Source: Podospora anserina (taxonomy: Eukaryota). From it: a DNA stretch of 64,000 nucleotides. This document shows, one piece after another, positions 25,811 to 37,632 of this stretch. The notes beneath the pieces were generated by a model, which was given only the letters and a program-made list of their open reading frames with translations, was not told the DNA's origin and searched no databases. The stretch spans positions 1,364,001 to 1,428,000 of the forward strand of contig CM030333.1 of assembly GCA_017654855.1 (NCBI GenBank), given 5' to 3'. A program made the position numbers and the translations under genes. Each line of letters begins with the position of its first letter. The first letter of the stretch is position 1.

Positions 25811-25817
25811 TGAGTCA
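25811..25817. promoter_or_regulatory. Gcn4/CPC-1 site TGAGTCA upstream of ARG7
   Basis: Perfect TGA(C/G)TCA about 300 bp upstream of an amino-acid biosynthesis gene. Confidence 0.55.
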
Positions 25818-26298
25818 CTCTTTCAAGACCCTGACGACCAGAGCTCCGGTCTGGAAAATGTTTATCGATAACTGCACCGTCGCTTCAGTGCTCTAGCCAC
25901 AGCGCCCTCCACGTGGCTGGGCCCCCACCAAACGGGTGCCGAGCCGGGCCGGGCTGTGGCTCCAGCTCTCGTTCCCCACCAAAGCCAACGACCTCCATAA
26001 AAGGATTTCAGATTGGTGCAACTTTCCTCCATCTTCCATTCCCTCTCAAGCTCCAAAAAAGACACGAATCACATTTCGTGCCTTGTTGGAGCCGCATCAT
26101 CACTTTCCCAGCCCGCTGGGGGCTTTCTTTCCTTTCTCCTCCCTCTTCCCATTCACAACCTCCTCCCTCCCCCACCACCTGCAGATCATGCCCCTTGCTT
26201 TTTGAGTTTACGACCCGGAGAGCTTCATTTGAAAATTTGAAGTCGCTCTTCTTTTCTTTGTTCACACATCACTTCTCACACACCACACCACCGCCACC

Positions 26299-27401
26299 AT
26301 GTCGGACGCGATGGATGCCTACTGGCAGTTACAGCCATTGGCGCGAACACTCGCGACCGCCATCTTCGTCACGTCGATTGGAGGGCATCTGGGATTGATC
26401 CCAACGGGCTGGTTGTTCTTCCACTCCTCGCTGGCCATCTTCCATATGCCACCTCAAATTTGGCGGTTCCTCACCACCTTTCTGTTGAGTGGTCCCCAGC
26501 TGGGCATCATCTTGGATCCCTACTTCGTCTACCAGTATCTCAGCCAGATTGAGTCCGGGAACCCCAAATTCCAACGGAAGGAGGATGTTCTCTGGTATCT
26601 CATAACGGTCAGCGGCTTCATCTTGGTAGGTCCCTCTCTTTGCGCATTCTGCTCTCTTCACACAACACACAACGCAAAACACCCTCGAATTATCTGCCCG
26701 CATAGTGCTATCTCCCCCAACTATAGCGGTTCCTGGAATCGAGGAAGATCACCCTCGTATCTCGGCCGGCCCTCTTTCGCTTTACGGGTCGGTTCGCGGT
26801 GCGGGCATGGTGGGATGCCATGGATGACCCGAGCATACTCAATATGTTCGGTGTGGTTTTTACGGCGCCCTACATTTTCTCACCTGGGGAAATTCGACTT
26901 TTGTTGCCCGACATCGTAAACGGACAGCTAACCGTAAACACATAATAGCTGTTCACTCAGTGTTTCCTGGGCTTCCAGCCTTTTCTCATCAGCGCCTTGA
27001 TTATTGCTCTATGCTACACGGCCTCGCAAGATTCGCGCGGCATGAAGGCCAACTTTTTCTTTTTCACCGTGCCAGCCCAGCTTGTTCCGTATTGCATGCT
27101 CGGCATGTCCGTCATCATGAACCCTGCTGCTCTGCCCCAACAGATTTGTGGTATCTTGGCCGCCCATCTTCACGACTTCTTAGTACGCACCTGGCCCGAG
27201 TTTGGAGGCGGTAGAAATTGGTTGGCCACTCCAGCATTCGTGTCTCGACTCGTCACCACGCCGAGAATTCTCCAACGCGAGTACGGCACCGGATTTCGCC
27301 CACGGACCCAGACGTCGGGCAGTTCTACGGGGGCCTCCGCCGGCTCCGGGCCACTTCCCGACTCCTGGAAGACAAGGGGAACTGGCCATCGGCTGGGTTA
27401 A
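26299..27401 (+). CDS. Derlin (DER1-like ERAD membrane protein); intron 26626-26948
   Basis: PQIWRFLTTFLLSGP, DPYFVYQYLSQIE, GILAAHLHDFLVRTWPEFGGG and an SHP-box-like tail GTGHRLG. The intron GTAGGT...GCTAAC...TAG keeps the frame. Confidence 0.9.
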
Positions 27402-28526
27402 TGGATAGAAGACGGGGAATGTACGAATACAAAATAATATTAGACCAGTTCATGTCCTGTGGCTTATTCAGGGGTGTTATCATGTCCGTTGTTTGAGTGC
27501 CGATAGTAGTGCCGATAGTCGTGCCTGTGTTCCTTGATACTCGAGAGATGAAGCCCGAGTTATGGCTGATACCTGCTTTTCTAAAGACGTGGCAGCGCAG
27601 GCTCGGCTGTATGTCGAGACACTCAGACTTGATGGAGTCTTTTTTTGTTCTGAGACAAGGACGCCTGTTGGTTTTCAAAAAACCAAAAAAAAAAAATACA
27701 ATAATAGTTAAAATCACTTAGCATGCCCACGGTAGAGAACTTGCTTGTGTGAGGCCGTCAACCGGAGATTTCGTGATAGACTTGCTGCCAAAGACCGGTC
27801 TTGGGCTGTTCTCATTGGCAAAAAGGAGGGAATGAGTGGGTGGTGATGTCAGGTTGTAAAAGCAAAAGGCACGAAAAAAGTGAAGCGAAGCTTGGGACCC
27901 TTCTTGCCCATACGACTAATGACCCCGGTGAGCTGTGCCTGCTCGGGCCTTCCCAGGTCGGCTTGCCAAACACAGCCACCATGGGTGCTTCCCATCACCC
28001 AGTCGCACCCTTGGGGAGCACCGACCCGGCCGGACGTTTCACTGTTAACTCCATTTGAGCTACTTCGCTGGAACAAGGGGGGAGGGCGGATGTATATATG
28101 GTGTGGATGTTTGTTGGTGACTGTGGGGGGGGGGGGGTTGGGGTTGAGTGTTTGCTTGGATCAAGGCAAACAGATGATGGTTAGATATGAGAGATGATTC
28201 TGTGGGTGGTTCTTGGGCGTGTCTCTTGTGAGGATAACGTCTTCAAGTCAGGTATTATTTCTCAATACAAGACAGGCATATATACACCTTCCCTGAGATC
28301 TCCATTCATACATACTCAGCAAAGTAAAAAGACGACCGCACTCTTGCCATTCTTCCATCCATTGGTATCTCTCAATAGTCAACGAAAACTTCAAAAATGC
28401 ATCCCGATTTTGTCCACCCCTTGTCTCTCCCCGCCCAAAGAAAAAAAACGCCATCATAACGCCCGCCATATAATTCCCATCCATATGCCGATAAAAGAAA
28501 CACAGCCCCCTCCATCATTACCCCCC

Positions 28527-29215
28527 CTACTCGGCCGCAAAAGAAACACTCTTCTTCTTCGTCCTCCCCGCCTTGGTACCCCTCAAAACAGCCTCCTTGA
28601 CAATCTTATCCCCCTCCTCATCCTCCTTTTTCGTCTTCTCCCCATCACCCCTCTTCCTCTTCTTCCTCATCAACTCCTTCGTCTCATCCAGCTTAGCCTT
28701 CCTCTCCTGCTCCTTCTTCTCCGCCTCTGCTTTGCGCGCCTCGCGAATCTCCTCCATTTGGCGGGCCTTGATTAACTTGGACTCGATCTGGCCTTCTTTC
28801 TCGGCTTGGACTATGGCTAGGATTGTCGACATTGATTCCTACATGTTTTTTTTTTCATTAGCCCGGTGGGGGATAGGGGAGGGGGATTGGGGAGGAAGGG
28901 GGAACGCACCCTATCATCAACAAAAACCTTCCCCTTCTTCTTCCCTTTGGGCTTGGTCACCCCAACGGGGGTGATCATATTCAGCTCTGGGATCCCTAGC
29001 TCTTTTTCGGTGTAGACGCGGGGTTTCTTTTTGCGGTCTTGGCCGAAGTTGGGTTTGGACTTTTGTTCTTTGGGGGGGATTTTGCCTTTGGGGGCACCCT
29101 TGCCGCCTGAGGGTTTCTTCACGCCGGATGAAGAGGATCGTTTTGGGCCGGAGGAGGAGGAGGAGGATTTGGAGCCGGCGGCGTGTTTGTTTTTTATTGT
29201 TCGGGTTGGTGCCAT
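28527..29215 (-). CDS. LOC1: 60S ribosomal subunit assembly/export protein Loc1; intron 28839-28909
   Basis: Lys-rich protein with [31 protein letters not shown] and [19 protein letters not shown]. Confidence 0.85.
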
Positions 29216-29323
29216 TGTTATTGTCGGGGGGTTGGTAAATTGGGGGGGGTTGGTTGGTAGGGAATGGATTTGTCGGTGGTGCTGGTGGTGGTGATGATGC
29301 GCGCAGGGCGCAAAGCTGGTCTG

Positions 29324-29505
29324 GAAATTTTTGGAATTGAGAGCATGGGCAGGGCCTTATCGGAGCTGGGGGAGGTTGCTTATCGGTTTGATTGGGTGGA
29401 GAACAGGGGGGTGTTCCGGCAGGCAAAAATGGGTGAAAAAGTGGCGGGAAGTTCGTCCGTTGGATTTTTTGGCGGGGTTAATTTATCTGGGATTTATCTT
29501 ATCGG
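29324..29505. promoter_or_regulatory. RRPE-like AAATTTTT and three CTTATCGG (CCGATAAG) sites in the LOC1/HIS3 divergent promoter
   Basis: CTTATCGG at 29356, 29379 and 29498; GAAATTTTTG at 29324. Confidence 0.5.
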
Positions 29506-29636
29506 TTTGTTGGTCAGTCATTGACTTGGTGTCGCCGATTGCGCTCGCGGAAGTTGAAGGTATTCGCGGCAACACTTGAAAGTAGGCATTTACAAGGGTC
29601 TTTTTTCGAGTAAGAAAGTATACAACCGATCACAAA

Positions 29637-30384
29637 ATGGCTACTGCTGAACACCCTCCCCGCTGGGCCGCTTTTGCGCGCGACACCAACGAGACCAAGA
29701 TCCAGCTTTCGCTGAATCTCGACGGCGGGCGCTTCCACCCAGACACCGACGCCCGTCTCTTCAAGGGCCAGGACCACGCCAGCCAGACGAGCAAGTCGCA
29801 GACCATCAGCATCAACACCGGCATTGGTTTCTTGGACCACATGCTTCACGCCCTGTCCAAGCATGCGGGCTGGAGTCTGGCGCTGAACTGCAAGGGTGAT
29901 TTGCACAGTTAGTCACCCCCCCTCCCCTACTCAAAGGGAACTTTTTCTGATTTTAAAATGTTTCAAAACAGTCGATGACCACCACACGGCCGAAGACGTC
30001 TGCATCGCCCTCGGATACGCCTTTTCCCAAGCCCTCGGCACCCCCGTCGGCATCAAGCGCTTCGGCTTCGCCTACTGCCCCCTCGACGAGGCCCTCAGCA
30101 GAGCCGTGGTCGACATCTCCAACAGACCGCACAGCGTTATCGACTTGGGACTCAAGCGCGAGAAGATTGGGGATCTGAGCACCGAGATGATCCCTCACTG
30201 CATGCAAAGCTTCGCGCAGGCGGCGCGCATCACGCTGCATGTGGATGTGATTAGGGGGGATAATGACCACCACAGGGCCGAGAGCGCGTTCAAGGCGCTG
30301 GCGGTGGCGATTAGGGAGGCTATTTCGAGGGTTGCTGGGAAGGAGGGGGAGGTGCCTAGTACTAAGGGGACGTTGAGTGTTTAA
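29637..30384 (+). CDS. HIS3: Imidazoleglycerol-phosphate dehydratase; intron 29908-29971
   Basis: [49 protein letters not shown] and VPSTKG motifs. Confidence 0.97.
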
Positions 30385-30673
30385 ATTCGGGTGTATATCA
30401 TGTTATAAAAGCGAGCATAAGAAATGGAGTTTTTTGTTCTTGGTTTCGAAAGGGCTGGCAGCTGGGAACTGCGCAGACAAAGAAGGACAGGGAGGAAACC
30501 AAAAAATGTGCAGAAACAATAAGTAGAATTGAACAAGATTCTCCATTCAAAAAATGCCTTGAAAAAAAAAAGGTCGTCCTGAATTTCACACGATTTTAGC
30601 TCTTCGACGGTTGCGACGGCCTTGGGCCCCACCATTTGGCGGGAGTGGTGTGATGGATTGATGTTGGACCAAA

Positions 30674-30865
30674 CACCCTGCCCACAAAATAATTGGGACA
30701 CTAAAGTAGGTAATATGCCTTCAAGGATAGTCCATAGGCCTTTAAAGATAGTTAACAGGCCTTAAAGGATCACTTAAAAGCCTATTACTTACGTTTAAGG
30801 TATAGTTCAGAGTATAATATGGGTTAACTTTACTGTAGTGTCTCAATTATTTTGTGGGCAGGGTG
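30674..30865. mobile_element. 192-bp MITE with 35-bp terminal inverted repeats and CCAAA target-site duplication
   Basis: Left end CACCCTGCCCACAAAATAATTGGGACACTAAAGTA versus reverse complement of right end CACCCTGCCCACAAAATAATTGAGACACTACAGTA (33/35 identical). CCAAA at 30669-30673 and 30866-30870. Confidence 0.88.
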
Positions 30866-31270
30866 CCAAACTGCCGGGAATAGTTCGAACCAATCCTCCT
30901 CGCCATCCTTGCATCGGAAACGCAGCAGCCTTACGAGCTTATGACGCAGCGTGATCGAGGTACACCGTGCTTGTTTGGTTGCAGCTCGTGATATTGAAGC
31001 TCCTGTTTGGTCATTAACAGAAGTTCAATTTTGGGAAGTGGTCTTTCAACACGCTGGTCAGGGTTTAAGCTCACATATCACCAACGACATCATCACTCAC
31101 GGACAAGTTCAGTTTCACCAAACAGCAGCCAAGACACAACACACTCTTGATACCACCTATCCCCATTCTTGAAGACCGATTATCTACCCACCACGCGATC
31201 TCAAAAACTGAGATCATTTCCATCCAACGCAAGAGCAACAATTAGAAGCTAAAGACCTCTCTGGCGACCA

Positions 31271-31666
31271 ATGATGCCCACCTCCCTCAACAACGCCAAA
31301 CACGAAGAAGCGGTCGACGCCTCCTGGGCCGCGACACGGGGTGCGGTCTCTGGCGCGCTGAAGTGGGGGGTTGCGACGGCGGTGCTGGGCGGGTTGGGGT
31401 ATGCTTTCTCGCCGGTGTACAGGGGTTTGACTATTCAGTTCAAGGTGTAAGGTGTCCCCTCCAACCTGGTGTGGAATATGGAAGTGCTGATGTGAGGAAA
31501 TAGGTACATCCAAATGTCGGGCATGGTCCTAGGCAGCATGCTCGAAGCGGATGCTAGGCTGAGGGAGTATGAAGCCCAAATGAGGCTGCGGAGGAGGCTG
31601 ATGAAGGAGCAGGCCATGTGGGCTAGTTTTGAGGAGAGGTATGGGAAGGAGGAGGAGGATGATTGA
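31271..31666 (+). CDS. Small two-exon membrane protein (~112 aa), possibly mitochondrial HIG1/Rcf-like; intron 31447-31503
   Basis: Reads MMPTSLNNAKHEEAVDASWAATRGAVSGALKWGVATAVLGGLGYAFSPVYRGLTIQFKV/YIQMSGMVLGSMLEADARLREYEAQMRLRRR...EEEDD*. The intron GTAAGG...CTGAT...TAG is in frame. Absent from the ORF track. Confidence 0.8.
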
Positions 31667-32393
31667 TTTTTTTCAGGGGGGGGGGCGGGAAAGTGTATAT
31701 AGGATAGGCGGTGTAAGATAATAAAGTGGTGGTTCTTCTTCTCTATGTGTCTTTTGTTGCGGAACTGCGGTGGTCAATCAACTGTACGATTTCTGTTGTT
31801 GGTTGTAGGGTGCAGGTGAATTAATTGTAGGGAAACACCTGAACTCAAAAACCGATTATAAAAAAAAGGGTGAGGTAAGGGTGTGCTTTTCATAGGGATA
31901 TTTGTGTATAGCGATCTGTTCGGTTGATGATAGAAATGCTGTTCAAATACAGTTGGCCTCCTGACTTGGATCTGTGCCCCCGATCCGGTTATGTTATGAT
32001 TATGCTCCTGCCCCTAATGCCCTGGTCCCAAAACCCAATATTCATGCTACTGTCTCCATGCTCCTTAAACCAATGCCCCCCCCCCATGTTCATCCCCATG
32101 TATCTTATGCAGAACGACCGTACGCGCCTCTCTTTCCCATAATCCAAAGACAAAAATCATGAAACTAAACGACTGACAACTGCCACCATGAACGCCCCCC
32201 CTTTTTCCATGCTTTCCATCGTTTACCTATAGGTACAGCCGTAATACATGATATTATACAGTCCGTTAATATACAATAGTTACACCAAAGAAGAGAAAAA
32301 ACTAAAATCTGGTCGTTACGGTGAGAAAATGCGAGATCTATCTCATAACAAAGATAAAGTCGTAAGTGAGGACAACAAGAGAGTGAAAACAAA

Positions 32394-34418
32394 TCAAGAT
32401 ATATACTTTGGACTCCTCCACCCCCCAAACCCGCTAAACCACCTGCTCCCGCTCGTCCCAGGAAGTGACCTCCTAGTCTTGTGACCCGCTCCCGGCGGAG
32501 GAGGGAATGCCCCTTGGCCCATAGGAGGCGTCAGCAAGCTCTCGTTGAATCTTGTCGAGGTAGCGGGAGCGGTGCCAGGAGTGCGAGGTCTGGTTGTTGT
32601 GCCTAGCGACGTACCGGGTCGGGGTGCTTCCTGGGCTTGTTGTTGTCTTCCCCCACCAAACGGGCAGGAAGAAAGTGATGTTCCTGGCCGACGGCTGGAC
32701 GGACTGGGGTTGTTGAGTGGGATGTTGACCATGCCTTCTGTTTGAAGGCCAAGCTCGACTCGTCCAAGACGGGATTGGGAAGACCGGGCGCGGGGTCGGT
32801 GTTGGGGTTGGGGAGGTCTGGTTTCTGAGGTGATGGGGGGTGATAGAGGGAGGGGTTTGTTGGAGGGGAGGAGGGCGGATTTCATGCCTGTTGAGGGGGC
32901 TCGGGGTCTCGTTTCTGGTTGCTTTTGTTGTGCTTGTGGTTGAGGTTCAGATCTTTGTGTTCGTAGAGGGTGGTTTGTCAGGGATGTTATCTTCAATGGG
33001 GCGGGGATTGGTGACCGGCTTGAGTTGATGTTCCTCATGATGTTCTTCGGGGGTGGCTTTGGTGGGGCTGGAAAGAGGGAGAACCGGGGGTTGGATGTTT
33101 TCCTTGGGGCTGGTGAGGTTGAGGGAGCCGAGACCGGTGGCGGAGGGGGAAGGGGTGCTTTGGGGGGCTTGCTAGGTTCCCATGGTGTACCAGCAGGGGT
33201 GAGGTATGTTCTTCGTGCTTTGGAGGAGCGTTTGGTACTGGCTGTATCTGGATTTGAAGCTGGGACGGGTGGCGGTGGTGATGCTGGCAAGGCTGGTACC
33301 GGTGGAGAAGGAGCAGAAGGGAGTTCGGCGAGATTGGAAGAACCCTTTGATCGTCGACGGTCAAGCTCCGTGGTGGCATAGAACCACAGGGCGAAGACTG
33401 TGTCGACACTCCGGCGGTCCACGGCTCTAGGGGAGGGCGTTGCCTTTCTAATTTGTACCATTTCGTGCTCCACGTGTTGGGGTTGGGGAGGTGTTACTGG
33501 CCCGTACGTGTATTCATTGGCGTCGTCGCTTTCGTATAGTCCCAAGTCGAGTAGTGCTTCGGTAGCCACGGAGGAATTGGAAGGAGAGTGTGATGGTGAT
33601 GATCTCGGTTGGTTGACCGGGACGGTCTGATATTCCTGAAAGTGATACATGGGTGCCTCTCTTGCTGTCCCTGAATCCCGCCGACGTTGTTTCCTGCGAC
33701 GGCAGAGGAAGAATATAAAGGCAGCACCGGCGAGAACCAGGAGGATTCCCACAACAATGCCTGCAATGGCAAACCCTGGCAGGGCCCCCACAGTAGTCGG
33801 TGGCGAGAGAGAGGGAGGGCTGGTATTGGATGGACCTCGGACTCCCGTGGTGACCGAAGTGGCAGTAACAGTAGAAAGTGTCGTTCTAGGTCCAAAGTCG
33901 ACCGGCGGCGTTCGAGACTCGCAGCACTCGCTCAGGGGAATAACCAATGTCGTCGTAGTAGGTGCCGGTCGCAAAGCTCTGACCACACGAGTTGTATGGG
34001 ATAGGTCAGAACAGGACGTTGATTCAGGACTTAGACGAGACGCCACATGCATCTTAGACGCTCCATGAGATCGGAACAAAAGAAACACGGTCCATCTTTG
34101 GCTGTTGGTGGAGAACTGGGGGAACAACAGGAGATATAGAAAAGCAGAGCAGGCAACCGGCAGCTCATATACTTGTCCGAGTGTTCTACAAAGGAGACTC
34201 GGTCCTGCAACTGTGAGGGACAGGAATTCTGCCTTTGCCCTCCAAGCTGCCGCATAAGGTACGCGGCATGGCAGTGGGCAAAGAGAGGCAGTGCCATTGC
34301 GGGTGGTCCATGACACCGGGGCCAAAGTGGGAATAGGGAACAGGGTGGTACCACAGCTGACTACATCCAGCGGCGTAGACGCTTTGGGTGTGTCCGATGT
34401 CAGTTGCTGTAAAAACAC
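32394..34418 (-). CDS. Single-pass membrane protein with Ser/Thr-rich stalk and long Pro-rich cytoplasmic tail; 5' end uncertain
   Basis: TM segment FAIAGIVVGILLVLAGAAFIFFLC followed by RRRKQRRR. The ORF has no clear ATG or signal peptide at its start. Confidence 0.7.
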   Translation of the reverse strand: MFLQQLTSDTPKASTPLDVVSCGTTLFPIPTLAPVSWTTRNGTASLCPLPCRVPYAAAWRAKAEFLSLTVAGPSLLCRTLGQVYELPVACSAFLYLLLFPQFSTNSQRWTVFLLFRSHGASKMHVASRLSPESTSCSDLSHTTRVVRALRPAPTTTTLVIPLSECCESRTPPVDFGPRTTLSTVTATSVTTGVRGPSNTSPPSLSPPTTVGALPGFAIAGIVVGILLVLAGAAFIFFLCRRRKQRRRDSGTAREAPMYHFQEYQTVPVNQPRSSPSHSPSNSSVATEALLDLGLYESDDANEYTYGPVTPPQPQHVEHEMVQIRKATPSPRAVDRRSVDTVFALWFYATTELDRRRSKGSSNLAELPSAPSPPVPALPASPPPPVPASNPDTASTKRSSKARRTYLTPAGTPWEPSKPPKAPLPPPPPVSAPSTSPAPRKTSNPRFSLFPAPPKPPPKNIMRNINSSRSPIPAPLKITSLTNHPLRTQRSEPQPQAQQKQPETRPRAPSTGMKSALLPSNKPLPLSPPITSETRPPQPQHRPRARSSQSRLGRVELGLQTEGMVNIPLNNPSPSSRRPGTSLSSCPFGGGRQQQAQEAPRPGTSLGTTTRPRTPGTAPATSTRFNESLLTPPMGQGAFPPPPGAGHKTRRSLPGTSGSRWFSGFGGWRSPKYIS

Positions 34419-35913
34419 GGTGGAAGCAGTCTTTGCTGATATGTGTTTGCGGCAAACTCTAAGCGCCTGGCGCGCGCACCTTTAATGATGGAGGTGGGCA
34501 GACAAGAGTTATTGGACTCGTGCTTCGGACTAGATGTCCTCCAAAAATCAATATTTCAAACTGGTTGTACAACACCATAACGCGTCAATCGCCTACTTAA
34601 GCGCGCTTCTAGAAGCCGCCCATCGCTTGATGAGGGGAAATCAGAAGACTATTGAGGTTGTGCCGCAAAAGATCCTGCCTCGTATGTTGGATGTCCGAAT
34701 CTCTCCACAAAGATGATGCTGTTGACTGCAGACTCTGACATCTAACCCTGAGAGAGTTGGAAGATTTTCATGCGGCACAGAAGATGTAGCGTGAAAATCC
34801 GGAGGTTCGCCGCCGCCCGAGTTGGTGATGAGTGAGTTCATGGGGCAGATGTGGAGAGACGACCCCTGACGCCATCTCCGGTGTTACTCTGTACTTGGTT
34901 TCTGAAGGTATGACGCAGAGGCTGAAGATTTTAGAACAGGCGATGATGCCTCTCTCAGAATATCCTCGCTCGGTACCGGCAAAAGGGTAATCCACAAAAA
35001 GATCAACGGAACTCTGGAGTGTTCTAGAGATCCCAAGATATCTGGGGAGAGTGGGGGGTTCGACGCCTTGATTTGCCGGCAGCACCTATTTTGGCATGCA
35101 GAAAGGGGGCCACTCGGCGCTTATTCAGAGCCAACACCACCCAAGATCTCGTGGCAGCCCTGTCCCTATTGTCCTTTCTTGCGTGCTTTGGAATGCAAGA
35201 AATCTGTAGCCGCGGGAAACACTGCAGTTGGTTGCGCCAAAGTCGGTAGACGGCCCGTTCGGGAAGGGCTTGTGTGTGTTGGCCTCAGTTCGTCCAGGTT
35301 TTCGGGGTTGTGTTGCCAAGTCGTGCCCGTGATGTTCTGGGTGAAGAGCAAACTGCGCCTGGTTGTTGTGGGCAGTGTTAGCTTTGTGGTGTCTTGGTGA
35401 TCAGTTCTGAAATCAACACTGTCTATCTAGTGCTTGTGTAACTGGGAACCACGCCGAGGGGGGGCGCACAGGTTTAGTTTGCCTGCACGTTTTGGTGATG
35501 CCGAGCTGTTTAAGTCGGTGCCTGACACAGTATGACAAAGCCTTACGGTGACGATATGCGATCGACGCAGTTTCAACTCTGATGATGGAATCAACACCGA
35601 GAGGACCTTGCCTACGGAGTTTAATGCCATCGGTGTGTTTTGTGAAGCGCACCTATATGGCAACGCAAATGAGAAGTTGACACTAGTTCATGACATGGTG
35701 AACACGAGAGAAGCAGGACGTCGAGAGATTGCGAAACATATAAAAAGAACAGCAGATGAGCTGTCGAGCGAGGGATGATGAATTTATCGCCAAATCGGTA
35801 GGTGTTTGCTCGTTGCCATGGCGGCGTGGGATGAAGTCGAGATTGCCTCGTGTGCCTGAGCTGAGATCCTTCGGCGGGATCCCCTAGCTGTTTCGTCTTC
35901 AACTGCCGGCTGC

Positions 35914-35931
35914 GACAAGCAGGAGACAGGG

Positions 35932-35962
<31 letters not shown>
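35914..35962. repeat. (GACAGGA)n heptamer minisatellite, ~5-6 units
   Basis: gacaggg gacagga gacagga gacagga gacagga gac. Confidence 0.85.
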
Positions 35963-35964
<2 letters not shown>

Positions 35965-37632
35965 AAGTCAATCAGCCTGGCCCCTCTGAAAGGCTGGCCT
36001 TGCTTTGACTTTGGAAGCACCGCGCATTGCTGGGTGATGCTGTGCCTCACACTCGGCTATCTGGCTGTCTTTGGTAGGGCAGACAGTTTGTGGCTCCCGC
36101 GACTCCTTACTGCACCACACGCGGCAAAAGCCACCAGTTCGAGGATCTGGGTCGAGAGGGTGTTCTGTCATCCAGAGTGTCTGTTGAAGATGACGGCTTG
36201 GCCGGGTTGGTGATCATGAACGTCTCGTCTCGATGCGGGCCAGAGGTTGGTGCAAGATTCGCGTGCTCCCGTCTGACCAGATCTTTTGTGTGGCATGACA
36301 CAGACCCCAATTAAAGTGCTATCTATATCCGGTCAGCTATAGGTTGCTGTCTGCAGCAGGATAAAAATGACACTTCCCCTCCTGTTTCTTGCAGACTGGA
36401 TTGACACGATGCCTGAAGCTGTAAAGTGCTGGCCAGGTAGAGACCCATTGCCAAGATGGTTGCTGTTTGAGGTTGTCGAAATGCATTCAGCTGAAAACGA
36501 GAGAGAAAGCGACGGCGTCGGCACCGGGGGACGGGACCCACCAAGGGCTTCCGAGCCGAGCGGCCCCGCCGAGGCCGGTGGTCTCGGGCTGCCAAGGACC
36601 GAATCACTCGCATCAACAGCACTGGCGTTTGACGGGCATCGGTCCGTCAATTTGCGACCAACCAATGGGGTATCGAATCATGAAAGAAACGGAAAACCTA
36701 GCCCCACTTGATCTGCCCAGATTCCACCACGGCGCGTAGCCGAATTTAGCGTCCGCTGTCCTGATCGCAGAATGCACGTCGGGAGGGAACGCCGAGACCC
36801 CGCTGAATGTTTCTTCCATCATCACCTGCACTATCACCAGCAGCTACTTGGATTCATCACAGCGTCTTTTGAGTTTTTTTCTTTGGATGAACGGCAGGTC
36901 ATGATGGACTCGAATCCCCGCAATGTGGTACAAGATGTCGTGGCCTGTAGGACATGGACAGATACGCTGCATACGTTTCATGTACCGTTCCTACATTAGG
37001 GCCGGGTCCATGGCGTCTTCCTCCGGCAATTGCGAGATACCAAGAAGCAAAACGAATCCTTCAGCTTGGGTGATTCTTCCCCGCAACTCGACATCTTGGG
37101 CAAGACATAAACGGACTCCTCTTTGTGTCACACCGTTTCCTTCAAACAGAACAACAGCAGTAGCCAGCAGCATGCTTTGAACCAAGGTCAAAGGTCACAT
37201 CTGCAAAACACCGAGCTGCTCGGCAGGTTGGCGGCGCTTAGGGAAGCCATCCCGTTGGCTACCCTCTTTCCATCAGCCTATTCCACCGTTTTCCCCAGCT
37301 CGGAACGGTCGCCCAGAATAGCTCACGTCCGCAGCAACCATATATCCCCACGTGGTGAACGGCAACCCCCTGCGCCTTTGGGGCACTGCTGCTGTTCCCC
37401 TCTCCGTTGAGATCTTGCTGGACTGAATCTGCTTCCCGTCTTGGTGCTTGTGATTTGGAAAGGAGTTGGGATATTCTTCCATTTGCGACAGATTCCACAA
37501 TACAATGATTGACGACGCCGGACTGCAATGATCTTGTTTGGTTGTTTAAAAACACAGTATTCGAAGTGACCACCAGGTCGACTTGGGCTTTCCAATTTGA
37601 GAGGAGGGGCATAGCGGCGCAGGTTGCCCACC

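Noticed and set aside
34500..37600. Short ORFs including 35548-35778
   Set aside because: One fragment looks mildly protein-like but has no start or exon context; not supportable.
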